DNA of 64,000 nt from Sarea resinae (lineage: Eukaryota). Both the position numbers and the translations under genes were made by a program. A model generated the notes under the pieces. The model worked only from the letters and a program-made list of their open reading frames with translations. It did no database searches and was not told the DNA's origin. Where the stretch lies: contig JAPEUD010000011.1 of assembly GCA_026026165.1 (NCBI GenBank), positions 372,001-436,000 of the forward strand, in the 5' to 3' direction. Below, piece after piece: positions 10,564-22,252 of the stretch. How positions within the stretch are numbered: the first letter of the stretch is position 1; every line of letters begins with the position of its first letter.

Positions 10564-12229
10564 CTTGGCGTGCCTGTCTGGTGGTGAATGTGAACGAGGT
10601 AAAAGCAAGGCGAGGGCGATGGTGGGGTAGCTATGCTCGGTACAGCGTCGTGTTGGAGAGGATCGAAGGCGATGTCATCAGGCAGTGCCGATCTATCGCG
10701 ATCCCCCAATCTCTGTTCCCGCCAGAAATGAAGCCGGCTTTCTAGCACGGCGAGGGAATATGTGCGATGCGATGAGATCTTGATGAGGGGAGTCTGTGTT
10801 TGTTCCTCGTCATCCGTCATTTCTCGACGGTCGAGGTCGGTATTGGTAGGGGTTTGCGATCAAGGTAGAGGGAGGGAGGCAGCTTCGCGATCGGGCTCGG
10901 GCTCGATGATGGGCGGCGGACGAAGCCATCACCAATGGAGCGTGGTGCTGTCTACGTCTTGTCTACGATTGATGGTTTACGGTTCTCGTTTCATGGAGAG
11001 GCAGGAGAAAATGACGAATATCATTCCTTCCAAGGGATATCTGATATCTCGATTGCTCCCGTCTACTACGTCGGCACGCTCGCACATTGCAACATGCCCC
11101 TCGAAGATCATCACGCCTCTACCTGTTTGCTTCGGCCTTACGATGCAGACCATGGCGTTGTCTTGACTCCGTAGTGTCTACCACGGAGTATCTGTTGCGG
11201 TTGACATGGCGGTGGTGACTGCAAAGGGTTGGAGGAGTGGAGGCTGTGAGAGACGGTTGGAGGCTGATGGCCGAGGGCTTGGACTGCCGAGCCGCTCGGG
11301 ATGCCACTATGCTACCTAGAAAAAGGAAAAAGGAAAAAGGACCTCGAGGGACTTGGACGAGGGTAGAGAACACTGCCCGCCGACAGGTATCTTGTGGTCT
11401 CGTTCCCCATGGGCGGCCCTGTGCTATTTCAAGCGTCCGTCAGCCTCGGACCCTCCGTCCATGTCTACATACATACTACAGTAGCTGCGGTGGCCGGTCA
11501 GGTACCAACGCCCATGTTCTCCGACCGTCAAAGGGATCATCCGTCATCCTGCAAATACCGAGTCTATCACCATCATTGTATTGTATCGTCGGAATGCTCG
11601 AATGAATGGAAGCCGCCTCCATCTCAACACCACCGAGCATTAAAGTCAAGCCTCCTCGATCATCCAACTCGCCCGCTCGCCCGCCCACTGGCGACCCTCC
11701 AACCTCAGCCCTCTCTCTCCGACCCGGCGACCTCAGTGAATTCTCTTCCTATTGATCTCTTCCATTATACCTGATCCCACTCGACAACAATACATCATTA
11801 CAGACTCCCCTCTCCGCCGCGGGACGAACAGTCGGCGGGAGACGTGACTCGACCTGCTTACCTTCGTTGGCGTTGGGCCACTCCCTGCCTTCGCTTGCTG
11901 CGACGGTCAACGGCCAAAGACGAGTCCCTTCAGGCACGGCTCGTATCGTTTGTTTCAGCGCCTCACCACCAAGCCCGTTCTTGCCTAGATCGAGCAGCAT
12001 CCATCGCAAATCCCCGAAACCCGCGACGACCACCTCAACGATAACAGAAATCATCGTGAGATTGCCTGATTGCAAACCTTTCAGCTTCCGTCGCTCGCTC
12101 GCTGCCTGAAGTCAGCCAGAGTCGGTCGCCTCAGTCCATCAGCGGGCCTGCGCGGCAAGGCAACTGGTTTGGTCGAATACCCGTACCTCTCCCCGAGACT
12201 GGGCATTGTCCCTTGGACATCTCGAAAGA

Positions 12230-13543
12230 ATGTATCAACATGAGTCCCGGGCTTCCCTGCTGGGTGGCCCTTCCCTGGACCGCTCATATCAGCCCTTTGG
12301 AAGCGGATATCATCATCGAGAAGGCTTGACGGCGGCCACTGCGGGCAGGAGGTCGCCACATTCAGCCCTGTGGATTCCTCATTCGAAATGGTCGTGGTCG
12401 TTTGTGACCGTCACCTTCGTCCAGGCCGCTATTGCGTTGGCCTTTGAAGGGTGAGTGGAGATGAAGTCGTTGGATTCTTAATCGTCGGTGTGCTGACGGT
12501 CCCTAGTTATGTGTTTGCTCAGTTCCAGATCGATCTGAATGGGCCCGCCCACCGAGGGTCTCAAGCCCGCGCCATCTCGACATATTTGACATTGTTCATT
12601 TTCGGCTTCGTCTACGAACTGCTTCTGGTGTGGGATGCCCTGCGCCTGAAGAACACCATTCAGGTCATTGGATTGTGCATCTACAACGTTGGATTGCTCG
12701 TCTACGCGGCCGTGCAGATCGATCAGATCCACGATGCCGCCCTGGTCTTGGAGGATCAGCACGCCGCCACGTCGAGCATCTGGCAGCAGACGCGCCCGTT
12801 CCTGGTGGCCGTTCCCTGTGTCCTCGGGCTGGGGACGGTGTTGATGTCTTTCATCGCATGGAAACTAAACGACGAATTTGCCTGGACCATCTACAAACAT
12901 ATCAGTGCCGATGTGCGCATGAAGCGCCGATATCTAACCTATCAAGTAAGTCGCCCGGAGATTCTATCGACAACACTGGCTGATTTTGGCGTCAAGATCT
13001 ACATCGCCCTCCTCAAGTTTGACTTTTTCTTCTTCCTTGGATTTACCGTCCAGTTCGTCGTCATCGTCACCAATACGACGACGGTCGAGTTCGCCCTCAC
13101 CATTGCCGCCATCCCCGTGACTATTCTGATTCTGGTCATGGCCGCTTACTGGACTCGCAAAGAAAGCAAGCCGGGCATGCTCGTCATCATTGTTAGTCCT
13201 TCATGTCCACTTCCGCATGGCAACCCCACTCATCATGCTATAGGTTCTCTACTTTGCCGCGCTAGCTTATTTCCTCTTCAAGCTCGTCCGTATGTACAAA
13301 AAGTCGGCCCGCGAGCAGCAATACCTCCCGGCGCGCCGCTCCCTGACCATCTTCGCCGTCATCACGGTCGCGCTCATCATCCTCACCATCATCAACGCCT
13401 GCATCTGCACGGCCAACTTCAATCGCGGCCTCAAGCCCCATATCACGACATCGAAGCTGGAGTCGGATGACGAGAAGGTCATCTTGACCGAGATGCCGAA
13501 CCTGCCCGCGTCACAGGTCGCGAATAGAATGGTGATTGACTGA
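12230..13543 (+). CDS. UPF0658-like multi-pass Golgi membrane protein, 3 introns
   Basis: WDALRLKNTIQVIGLC, EFAWTIYKHISAD, IYIALLKFDFFFFLGFTVQF, NFNRGLKPH; GT-AG introns near 12451, 12946 and 13192; start codon uncertain. Confidence 0.85.
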
Positions 13544-14189
13544 TTGGATGATTCTTCTTGTTGGGTATCTCTTGGGCGAACGACTGCTTGGCATGGATTG
13601 GGTTGGATTGGAATGGAGCACTCCGCGGCGTTTTGATGACCTTGGAGCCGACCCCCTCGGTTTGGGCTCTCGTGATGGATTGGACAGGGGGCGGCGACTT
13701 GTCTAGGCCGTCCTGCCTCTCTTCCCCGCTTCTTTCCTCTTTTTCCTTGCACCAGTTTTCCTTTTCTTCTCTCCCATCCGTCTGGCAATCTAGAAGAGAG
13801 CACCGGGCTGGGGGAGACGAGACGACCTTTTAACGATTTCTTTCCCATCTCGACGTCTTCTCATACCCCCGTTTCTGTCGACACGATGCGGCGTATTTCT
13901 CTTGGACGTCCGAAAGCTTCTAGGCCATCTTTTCTTTCTGCTGTAGTGGTGGTTCTGGAGACGAATTCACCTTTTTAAATATTCCCCATTTACTATACCG
14001 TCGATACCGTGCTTGGTGAACCTCGGGCTAGTGGGGCCGTGTGTGTGTGTGTCCATGGTAGCTGTCGCAGCTGCAGTACCTGAGCCACTCATTGCGTAGT
14101 CACTGAACCTGCTCCTTGAAAGTAGCCATGTCATGTCATTGCGCTGGCTTTTTCCCTGGGGCCTTTTTGCGTGGGGGATGGACGGTGAG

Positions 14190-14967
14190 TGTAGGTAGGT
14201 AGGTAGGTACGAGGAAGGAAGGATTAGTTGTGCATGTGTCTACATATGTATATATATGTGTAAGTGTATATGTGTATGTGTGTGTGTGTATGTGTGTCCA
14301 TGGTAGCTATCATGGCTATCATGGCTATCATGGCTATCATGGCTATCATGGCTATCATGGCTGCAGTAGAGTAACTGCGGCACTCCGAGAAGTAGTATCT
14401 GATGCCTCGTCGAAGTAATAGCTCATGCGCCGTTGAAGTCGATAGCTGAGAGGCTTCGTCGAAGCAGAGAGTTGACCCCTCCCTCCCTCCTTGACGTAGA
14501 GTAGAGTAGAGTAGAGTAGTAAATAGCAGTTGACCCCTTCCTTGAACTTGAACTTGAACTAGTAGCCCCCGCTCCCTTTTTCCCTTTTTCCCTTTTTCCC
14601 TTTTCCCTCGTCGGTCCCGTCCCGTCTCATTCTCGTCCCCCTTACAGATCGTAGATAGAGACGTAGACATGGAAATGGGCCATGGCCAGAGAGGAGAGGT
14701 GCGGCGTGCGGAGTGCGGAGGATGAAATGAAAAAAAAAAACCAAAAAAAAAAACCAAAATGGAATTGCTTCTGTTCTGTTCTGTTTGGGGCCTTTGATGA
14801 TGATATGGCTATGCTGTGCTGTGCGGTGCTAGGCGGTTGCTATGCTATGCTATGCTATGCTAGGCGGTTGCTAGGACGGGCGGTTGCTAGGACAGGCTGG
14901 GCTGTTCAGCCCCCTTTCTTCTCCTCTATTTTTTCTTTTTTTATAGGGAGCGAGGAAAGCGGCGGAA

Positions 14968-15026
<59 letters not shown>

Positions 15027-15530
15027 AGGAGTCTACGGAGTAGTAGCTTGTCTCTTGTCTTATATCTCTGTCTCTTGTCTCCGTCTTATGTCTTTGTCTT
15101 ATGTCTCTTGTCTCTTGTCTTATATCTCTTGTCTCATGTCTCATGTCTCTTGTCTCTGTCTTATGTTTCTGTTTTATAGATCATCGTTATCATCATCATC
15201 ATTTCTGTACCTGATTGTCTTAGACACCCGAAGGAAAAGCAAAAGGGAGCAGAAAAAGAAATATGGAAGAGGGGTTGAATGGATGAAAGGATATGTGGAT
15301 ATGTGGATATGTGGATATGTGGATGGTGATTATATGATTCAAGAAGACGAAGATGAACTTGTAAAGTCTTTCTGTCTTGCTGGTGGATCTGAAAAGCCAA
15401 ATGAACATATCAACGCCGGTCCCCCGCATCAACGCCGACCCCGCATCGACGCCGACCCCGCATCAAAGCTGAACTCTGCATCAACGCCGATCCGCATCAA
15501 CGCTGAACCTCGCATCAAGCCCAAACCTCA
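14190..15530. repeat. Microsatellite/low-complexity spacer: (TAGG)n, (TG)n, (catggctat)x6, G58 at 14968-15025, (tgtctct)n, ~18-bp repeat at 15410-15530
   Basis: Directly visible tandem arrays. Confidence 0.9.
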
Positions 15531-15533
15531 TGG

Positions 15534-17207
15534 TCATCCCCTGATCGAACCCCGCCCTCTCGTCTCGTCTCCCCCATCCTGCCCCCTGTCGAGCGTCCGT
15601 CTTAGAAAATCATCCTGCCGGCTCTTCGCCTTCTCCCTACCAGCCTCCAAACGCTCGACGCCCAGTGCGATACTCTCCAGATGCACGTCGAGCGGCACAT
15701 CGACCGAGTCGGCCAGCAGGCCGGGCGCGGCGACGCGTTCGCGGAGATCCTCGAGCCCGGCCCCCATGGCCTGCAGCTTCAGGATGGCGCCGCTGACGTG
15801 GGCCCAGGCGGTTTTGCGGTACGCCGACACGTGCTGCAGCAGGGCGAGCTGGCGGTCCTGCGAGGCCAGCGCGGCGCGGTTGGCGCCGAGGAAGGTCCAG
15901 AGGTCGGCGAGGATCTCGTCGCGCGACGTCGAGGCGTGCAGCTCGTCGCGCGTCGTCAGCGTGTGGATCGTGTCGAGCCGGTCGTCGAGGTTCTGGAGGA
16001 GCAATAAGAGCGCCTGCGCCGTGTTGACGAGGCGTTCAATCTCCGTGGAGAGGAAAGTGGTGTGCGAGATGTATTGCGTCGTTATTGCTTTCTGGACCTG
16101 GATCGTGTCCGCAGACGTCGTAAAGGGGTTGAGGGAGCCGAGGAGGGAGGTCCGGTGCACGGGGGGCAGAGAGCTCAGGATTCGCGTCGTGTAGCGTGTG
16201 CTGGCGAGCACGTTGTCGACGGCGCGCGAGACGTGCGAGTTGAACTTTTGGAGGTCGTAGGATGCCATCCGAGCCGTTTCGATGAAGCCATCGAATTCCA
16301 GGCCGAGTTCGTTTCTGGTGTCGAATGTTAGATTCGGCGTTGCAGCACGAGAAAATAGAAATTACTTGGAATGGAGGTTGCTGAATCGGACTAATTGACG
16401 AAGGTCCCTGATAGAGGCCTCTCCTCTCTTCATATCCAGGGGCAGATCGATTCCCTCGGTACTGTCTTCGAGCACGACTTCGAATTGCGACTGTACTTCC
16501 ATCAATCGATCAAACTCCACGGGACCAGTCTTCTTCACAGCAGAGCAGAGAGGAGTCTGCGCGATTCCCGGGATATAGCAGAAAATGGACAACTGAGACT
16601 TGAAGTGGTTGAAGGCCATGTTCATGAACATATATGACAGCCACACGATCAGGAAAAGGGATAGTAGAACAGCCAGCGGTTTCTTGGCCCATTTAACCGC
16701 ATCACCAAGGACATCGAGCGAGTGGCGTATTACGATCCACAGACTGCCGGTGATGGCGAGGAAGACTTCTATCACGCTGCTGCTGCGGCTGTCCTCGGCC
16801 TCACGGGCTGGAGCTGTGGTTCGCCGTGTTCTCTTACTGCCCTCTGCTTCTCGAGAAGGGGTTTGCCTCGGTGCTCGCCGCTTGGCAGGCTGTGCCCGAT
16901 TGGCAGAACTCATAGATCCTGCACCCAGCCATGACCCGTCTAGATTGGCTTCTTGAAGCGAGGGCATGATCAGGTCTGGCTCAGTACTCGGGCGAGACCT
17001 TGCACGAGCTGCTTTCCGTCGCGGGCTCTTCGGCTGGATAGGCGGGTCGAAGATATCTTCTTCGACTTTGAGATCTTGCTGCGCTGGGTATACGTGCTCT
17101 TCTGGAGTCAGCTCGTCGTCGTCGTCTTCTTCATCTTCACTGTTGTTTTCAACCACCCATGAGTCTCCTAGCGGGGCTTTGGCTGACTGGCGACGTGTGC
17201 GCTGCAT
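15534..17207 (-). CDS. Fungal hypothetical protein with a TM segment and coiled-coil C-terminal half, 1 intron
   Basis: Two long ORFs joined by an intron (about 16316-16365) reading LHSRNELGLEFDGFIETARMASYDLQKFNS; hydrophobic LAVLLSLFLIVWLSYMF. Confidence 0.8.
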
Positions 17208-17730
17208 CCTGCACCACTGGGTTGGGAAGGTAGATGGTAGATTCAAATTGAAGAGACTGATGGTAGCAGAGTCTTAGGAATAGCATCGAAGACAATAAAT
17301 TATCGTAGATCAGTAGGTGTAGTTGATTGCAATGCTGTGGCGATAGACGCGTTGCAGATGATAGTAAACAATGGCAGTGTCGTCATACGAGGTCAAGATC
17401 TACTTCTCCTAGATGCGCACCGTCAAAGACAGATAAAGTCAAGCAATTTGATGTCAGTGATGTGTCCTTGCTGGCAGAGGGAGAGAAGACGGTCGCGTCC
17501 ACGAGAGGAATGATTGTATCACCGTCGTGGCCGCTGCAGCGCCGACTCCAAGCCGGTTTCGATGGGGCGCGTAGATTGCCTGCAAGCGCCTAAGCGCGCT
17601 GTATCCCTACCGCGCTTCAAAGTGTGACGCGCTTCAGTCTCCGCTGTCCGCCGGCAGAAAATGGGAATAACATTGAGAATTAGCTGAGCTGGCGACCTGG
17701 TCAATCCTCAATCGTCCGACCATCATCCCA

Positions 17731-19299
17731 ATGCGCTCATTCAGAGCTGCCTACCTCTTGCCCTCGCATGGACGGCCTCTGAGCACAATCTACAAAGACG
17801 TGCGATGGCAGTCGCTCTGTCCGCGCCGCCATTGTTCATCCTGCGCTCCACCTCATCCACCCCCAACCCTGAATCCGACAACCAAGGACCCCCCCACCCC
17901 CCCAGCCGACCATCGAATTCTTGCTGTCGAGCAAGATCTTTTCACCACATCCCCCTACAGTCCTGGTTCCCCGCTCCTCCTTCCTAACGGCGCCCGGATC
18001 TTCAACAAACTTCTCTCGTTCCTCCGGGCCCAGTACAACCTCTTCGGCTTCCAGGAAGTCATCACGCCGACCATCTACAAGAAATCGCTCTGGGAAAAGT
18101 CCGGCCACTGGGAAAATTACAAAGATGACATGTTCGAGGTGCGTGGGCGCGGGGCGTCCGGGCAGGCCAAGGACGCCGAGATCGGCGAGGACGAGGAATA
18201 CGGCCTCAAACCCATGAATTGTCCTGGCCACTGTCTGCTCTTTAAGGCACAGAAGCGCAGTTTCCGAGACCTTCCAATTCGCTTTGCCGATTTCAGCCCC
18301 TTGCACCGAAACGAGATCTCCGGCGCCTTGAGCGGCCTGACGCGGGTGCGCCGGTTCCACCAGGACGACGGCCACATCTTCTGTCGACCAAGTCAAATCG
18401 CCGAGGAGATCTCGCGGACCCTGGATTTTGTGGCTTTAGTCTACAAGACGTTCAACCTCGGCCCGTACAAGCTCCTGCTCTCCACCAGACCCGCAGATCA
18501 CTACATCGGCACCATCGAAGAATGGGACCGTGCCGAGGATCAATTGAAAACGGCACTCGACAACAGCGGCCGCCAATGGGCGATCAATGCCGGCGACGGC
18601 GCCTTCTACGGCCCCAAAATCGACATCATCCTCAAAGACTCGGACGGCAAAGAGCATCAAACCGCCACGATCCAGCTCGACTTCCAGCTCCCTCAGCGCT
18701 TCGAGCTGGAATACCAGGCGCCCGCCCCGGAACTGGAACAAAAGGGCCTCCACACGGACGACGCGGCCCTGCTCGACAAAAGCGGCCCCGTCACCCCCGT
18801 CATCGTGCACCGAGCCATTCTCGGGTCTCTCGAGCGGTTCATGGCACTCCTGATCGAGCACTACAACGGCCGGTGGCCCTTCTGGTTATCTCCACGCCAA
18901 GCCATCATCGTGACCGTGGGCCGCGGCGGAGATCTACAGCAATACGTGCAGCAAGCCCAACAGACCATCTCGGGCGTGACCACGGCCACGGCAGACAGCC
19001 CGATGCAGCTCGACGTGCCGACCTTCGCCGTCGACATCGACGACAGCGATCGCGCGCTGGGCAAAAAGATCTCGGAGGCCAAGAGGAAGAAATACGCCGT
19101 CGTCATCGTGGTGGGGAACAAGAGCGCCGAGAACGGCACCGTCGAGCTCGATCTCCGGGGCCAGCGGGACCAGGAGGCCACCAGGGAGGTTCTCGGCGAT
19201 CTGTTGGCGGCGGATGCGCTGGGGGATGGGCGCTCCGTGAAGATGACGCCAGAGCAAGTGTATGAGTATTTCTGCGGCTTGGGGGAGCGCTTTGCCTGA
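17731..19299 (+). CDS. MST1: Mitochondrial threonyl-tRNA synthetase
   Basis: Arg/Ser-rich presequence; LWEKSGHWENY, LKPMNCPGHC, HRNEISGALSGLTRVRRFHQDD, GAFYGPKID, HRAILGSLERF; no N-terminal editing domain. Confidence 0.93.
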   Translation: MRSFRAAYLLPSHGRPLSTIYKDVRWQSLCPRRHCSSCAPPHPPPTLNPTTKDPPTPPADHRILAVEQDLFTTSPYSPGSPLLLPNGARIFNKLLSFLRAQYNLFGFQEVITPTIYKKSLWEKSGHWENYKDDMFEVRGRGASGQAKDAEIGEDEEYGLKPMNCPGHCLLFKAQKRSFRDLPIRFADFSPLHRNEISGALSGLTRVRRFHQDDGHIFCRPSQIAEEISRTLDFVALVYKTFNLGPYKLLLSTRPADHYIGTIEEWDRAEDQLKTALDNSGRQWAINAGDGAFYGPKIDIILKDSDGKEHQTATIQLDFQLPQRFELEYQAPAPELEQKGLHTDDAALLDKSGPVTPVIVHRAILGSLERFMALLIEHYNGRWPFWLSPRQAIIVTVGRGGDLQQYVQQAQQTISGVTTATADSPMQLDVPTFAVDIDDSDRALGKKISEAKRKKYAVVIVVGNKSAENGTVELDLRGQRDQEATREVLGDLLAADALGDGRSVKMTPEQVYEYFCGLGERFA

Positions 19300-20461
19300 G
19301 GCGGTTGATCAAGGCTGGCGCTTTGCTTGGGTCTGTTGGTCATATCTGCTACTATACGATGGACCAGGTATGTATATATGATGTATACGTGTATATCTAC
19401 GATAGATATCTTAGATAAGAAAGGAAGCTAGAGTGAGAAGTGCATTTGCACCCAAAATAAAACTCACCACCTGCGCGGCGGAGCTGGAACCCCGGCATTT
19501 GGTTGTGGGTTTGATTGACCTTGCAAGCCTAGATGAGGTTACCTTATTGCATTCTATTTTACTAACCCCGTGAAGGTCCAAAGCGAGTGTGAATGATATC
19601 CTACAGTATTTCCTCACCCACTCACTTAATCAATCACTCAATCACCCAACCAACCAACCAACCAACCAGTTAACAGCTACGTTGGCCTACCTAGCTGGCC
19701 GACCGGCTGGCTGTCATACTAGGTATCTTTGGCTCACCTACCCTATCTCTACAAGATAAGGTAAGGCAAGGTAGTCTGCCATTTGGCCTGGTCGTAGACG
19801 TCTACTTACCCTCAGGTAGGTGAACTCCTGGGGTAGGTAGGTTTCTGGGTTTAGATGTGTCGTGTGTCATGGTGTGAAATACCATGAGTCTTGGGTCATG
19901 GGTCATGGGTCTTGGGTCTGGTGGGCTTGGGTGAGGAAGGTCTTGGTCAGAAGGAGAGGTGTATGTGAAGTTGGAAGGAGACGGGAGGTTCGTATGGTGG
20001 GCTGGGTGGGTGGATGGCCGCATGGCTGGATAGATGAATGAATCAACGTTTACTTATCATTTGATGTCGACTGCACTCGAGTGGCTTTCGGAGATGATGA
20101 CATGGGAGGCACTCAAGCAAGGTGCTGACGTTAGGCAAAGCGGTTCCTATTGGCGTCTAAGGAGAGGACAAAAGAAAAGAAAGGAGAAGAAAAGAAAAGA
20201 GAGAAAAGAGACTAGTACTGTGGAACCCGCAGGACCGCCAGGGTTGAGACGAATTTGCCTAGGGACCGCAGTACAGTGGAATATAGCAGCGAGGCGCACA
20301 GCGGAGGAAATGCGAGGTGAACAGAAAAGGATGGATGTCGGTGAGATACTATCATCACTACTCCTCCGTGACCGCTTTCACGAGCAGTCCGATCTGGTGA
20401 TGACAGGAAAGAAAATAAAGAAACCCTTCAAAGAGGGTGCTGTTCGATGCAGGAGAACCGA

Positions 20462-21646
20462 CTACAGGTGCAGCCTTTCCAGCAAGTCGCTAAGCTCCCC
20501 TATCTTCCCATCCACATCATTCTCATCAATCAACGCCTTGGTCGCCGTCTTCTTCACCTTCTTCGTGCTCGGTGTCTCCGGGGCCACGACGACGTACCAG
20601 CCCCGGCCGTTGCTGCGAAGCTGCATCCCGGAGGGCTTGAGCCTCGACTCGAACACTAGGACACTTAAATGCTGGGTCCGCTTCAACGGCTCCAGCGCAC
20701 CCATGACCACGTTGATGTCGCGGCGGTTGGGCAAGGGCACGAAGTCACGCATGGCGATCTCGACGCTCAGCAGGGACTTGGTGCGCCCTTCTCCTTGACG
20801 CTGGCCCCTCGAGGACATTAGGCGGTGGGCGAACATGGCGAGCTGCTCCTCCAGGTAGGGGACGTGAAGCCGGCCGGGGCGATTGTTGAGACGGATGCGG
20901 ACGAGCACGGAGACGCGGCGGAGGCGGGCCAAGTAGGTGGGCGCGACCAGGTCGAGCGAGGACCTGATCTCGACATTGGCGGCTGCAGAGCGGTTGGGAG
21001 AAGCCGGGCCCTCTGGGAAGCCGTCATGCAAGGCAGAGGCCATGATGACGAAGCGGAAGGTATTCTCTTCGTAGAAGACGGTCGAGGCTTCGGCGTGCAG
21101 CTGCTTGGCGGCTCGGAACAGCGCGAGCGGGAACGGCGATCGGACGTTGGTGTCCAGGCGCGTGCCGTATGAGAGACGACAGCTCCCTATCTGGACGCTG
21201 CGGCTGTGCGCGCCGGGATCGAATGCCAGGTCGAGAGGTTCTTTGTCCACGAGCGCGAACCGGTAGATTTTGATCCTCAGTTCGGAGGGCAGGCGGAGGA
21301 AGGGGAAAGGCGATGGCTTGGGTATCGACGTATGCTTGGGCGTATGCCTGCTTTTCGGCTTCGTCTTCCTCGTCGTCCTCGTCGGCCTCGTCGGTCGTGA
21401 CGCGGTGAGGAAGAGTGATCCCAAGTCAGAGGGACGCGGGAAAGAAAGTTGAGAAGGTAGCGGAGAGGACTGGAAAGTATAGAAATCATCGGATGATAGA
21501 GTAGGCAGTGCCATGGTGATGATACCTGGCGAGCTTGCGGTGGGTCTTGTAATTCTTTCGATCCGATGTCGTGATGCTTTGAGCCGAGAGAAAGTGGGTG
21601 AGCCATCGTTCGATCTTTTCTTTTGTCTGCTTGCTGTCACCGGCAT
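20462..21646 (-). CDS. Hypothetical protein with an F-box-like motif
   Basis: 394-aa ORF; FPFLRLPSELRIKIYRFAL and KQLHAEASTVFYEENTFRF; start may be 21514. Confidence 0.75.
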   Translation of the reverse strand: MPVTASRQKKRSNDGSPTFSRLKASRHRIERITRPTASSPGIITMALPTLSSDDFYTFQSSPLPSQLSFPRPSDLGSLFLTASRPTRPTRTTRKTKPKSRHTPKHTSIPKPSPFPFLRLPSELRIKIYRFALVDKEPLDLAFDPGAHSRSVQIGSCRLSYGTRLDTNVRSPFPLALFRAAKQLHAEASTVFYEENTFRFVIMASALHDGFPEGPASPNRSAAANVEIRSSLDLVAPTYLARLRRVSVLVRIRLNNRPGRLHVPYLEEQLAMFAHRLMSSRGQRQGEGRTKSLLSVEIAMRDFVPLPNRRDINVVMGALEPLKRTQHLSVLVFESRLKPSGMQLRSNGRGWYVVVAPETPSTKKVKKTATKALIDENDVDGKIGELSDLLERLHL

Positions 21647-22252
21647 TCACCATCTTCGTCATCATGGCCCCTTGATAGGGTGGCGTCTCGTGTGGGCAAT
21701 GACGGTCATGGTCATTCATCGATCAATCATCACAGCATCAACAAGAAATGGCAGACCCGAGAACATCGACTAAACGTCTGCCAAACCTATGCTTCGGAAG
21801 GTCGACAGCCGAAATCGAATAACGAAACAGTGGAATGGTTGGCTTGATATAGGGGGTGGAATGGGTTTGATACCGTTGATAGTCTGTACAGTTCGAGAGG
21901 CGGAGAGGAGAAGGAAGAGGATCCTAAGGCGCGGACCTATGCCGAATCAACAGCCATGGCCGTAGTAGTGAGTAAATCAGTAGCTACAGTAGTGTCATCT
22001 TCTAATTGTCTGTGTGCCCTTGAGTCTCAGTTTCAGTGCCTTTGGGGAGGCCGTCACGCCAGAGCGCCTAGGGAAGTTATGCTCTCGAAGCTCACTAGAG
22101 TCATTCATTTGATAGGTCCATAGCACCATGCTGTCACGTAGGGACCAATTCAGGTTGAGGACGATCGTTGTTTCATTGGCATCGTACAAAGTCATGTCTT
22201 AATCATTTTAATGTGCCCATCTCCATGCTGTCGTGATCGAGCCAATCATATC

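Noticed and set aside
14230..14418. ORF with (YHG)n repeats
   Set aside because: Product of a 9-bp microsatellite; no splice or codon support
14682..15179. Poly-Gly/poly-Pro ORFs
   Set aside because: Translation of the G58 homopolymer
17731..19299. ThrRS lacking the editing domain
   Set aside because: Normal for fungal mitochondrial MST1
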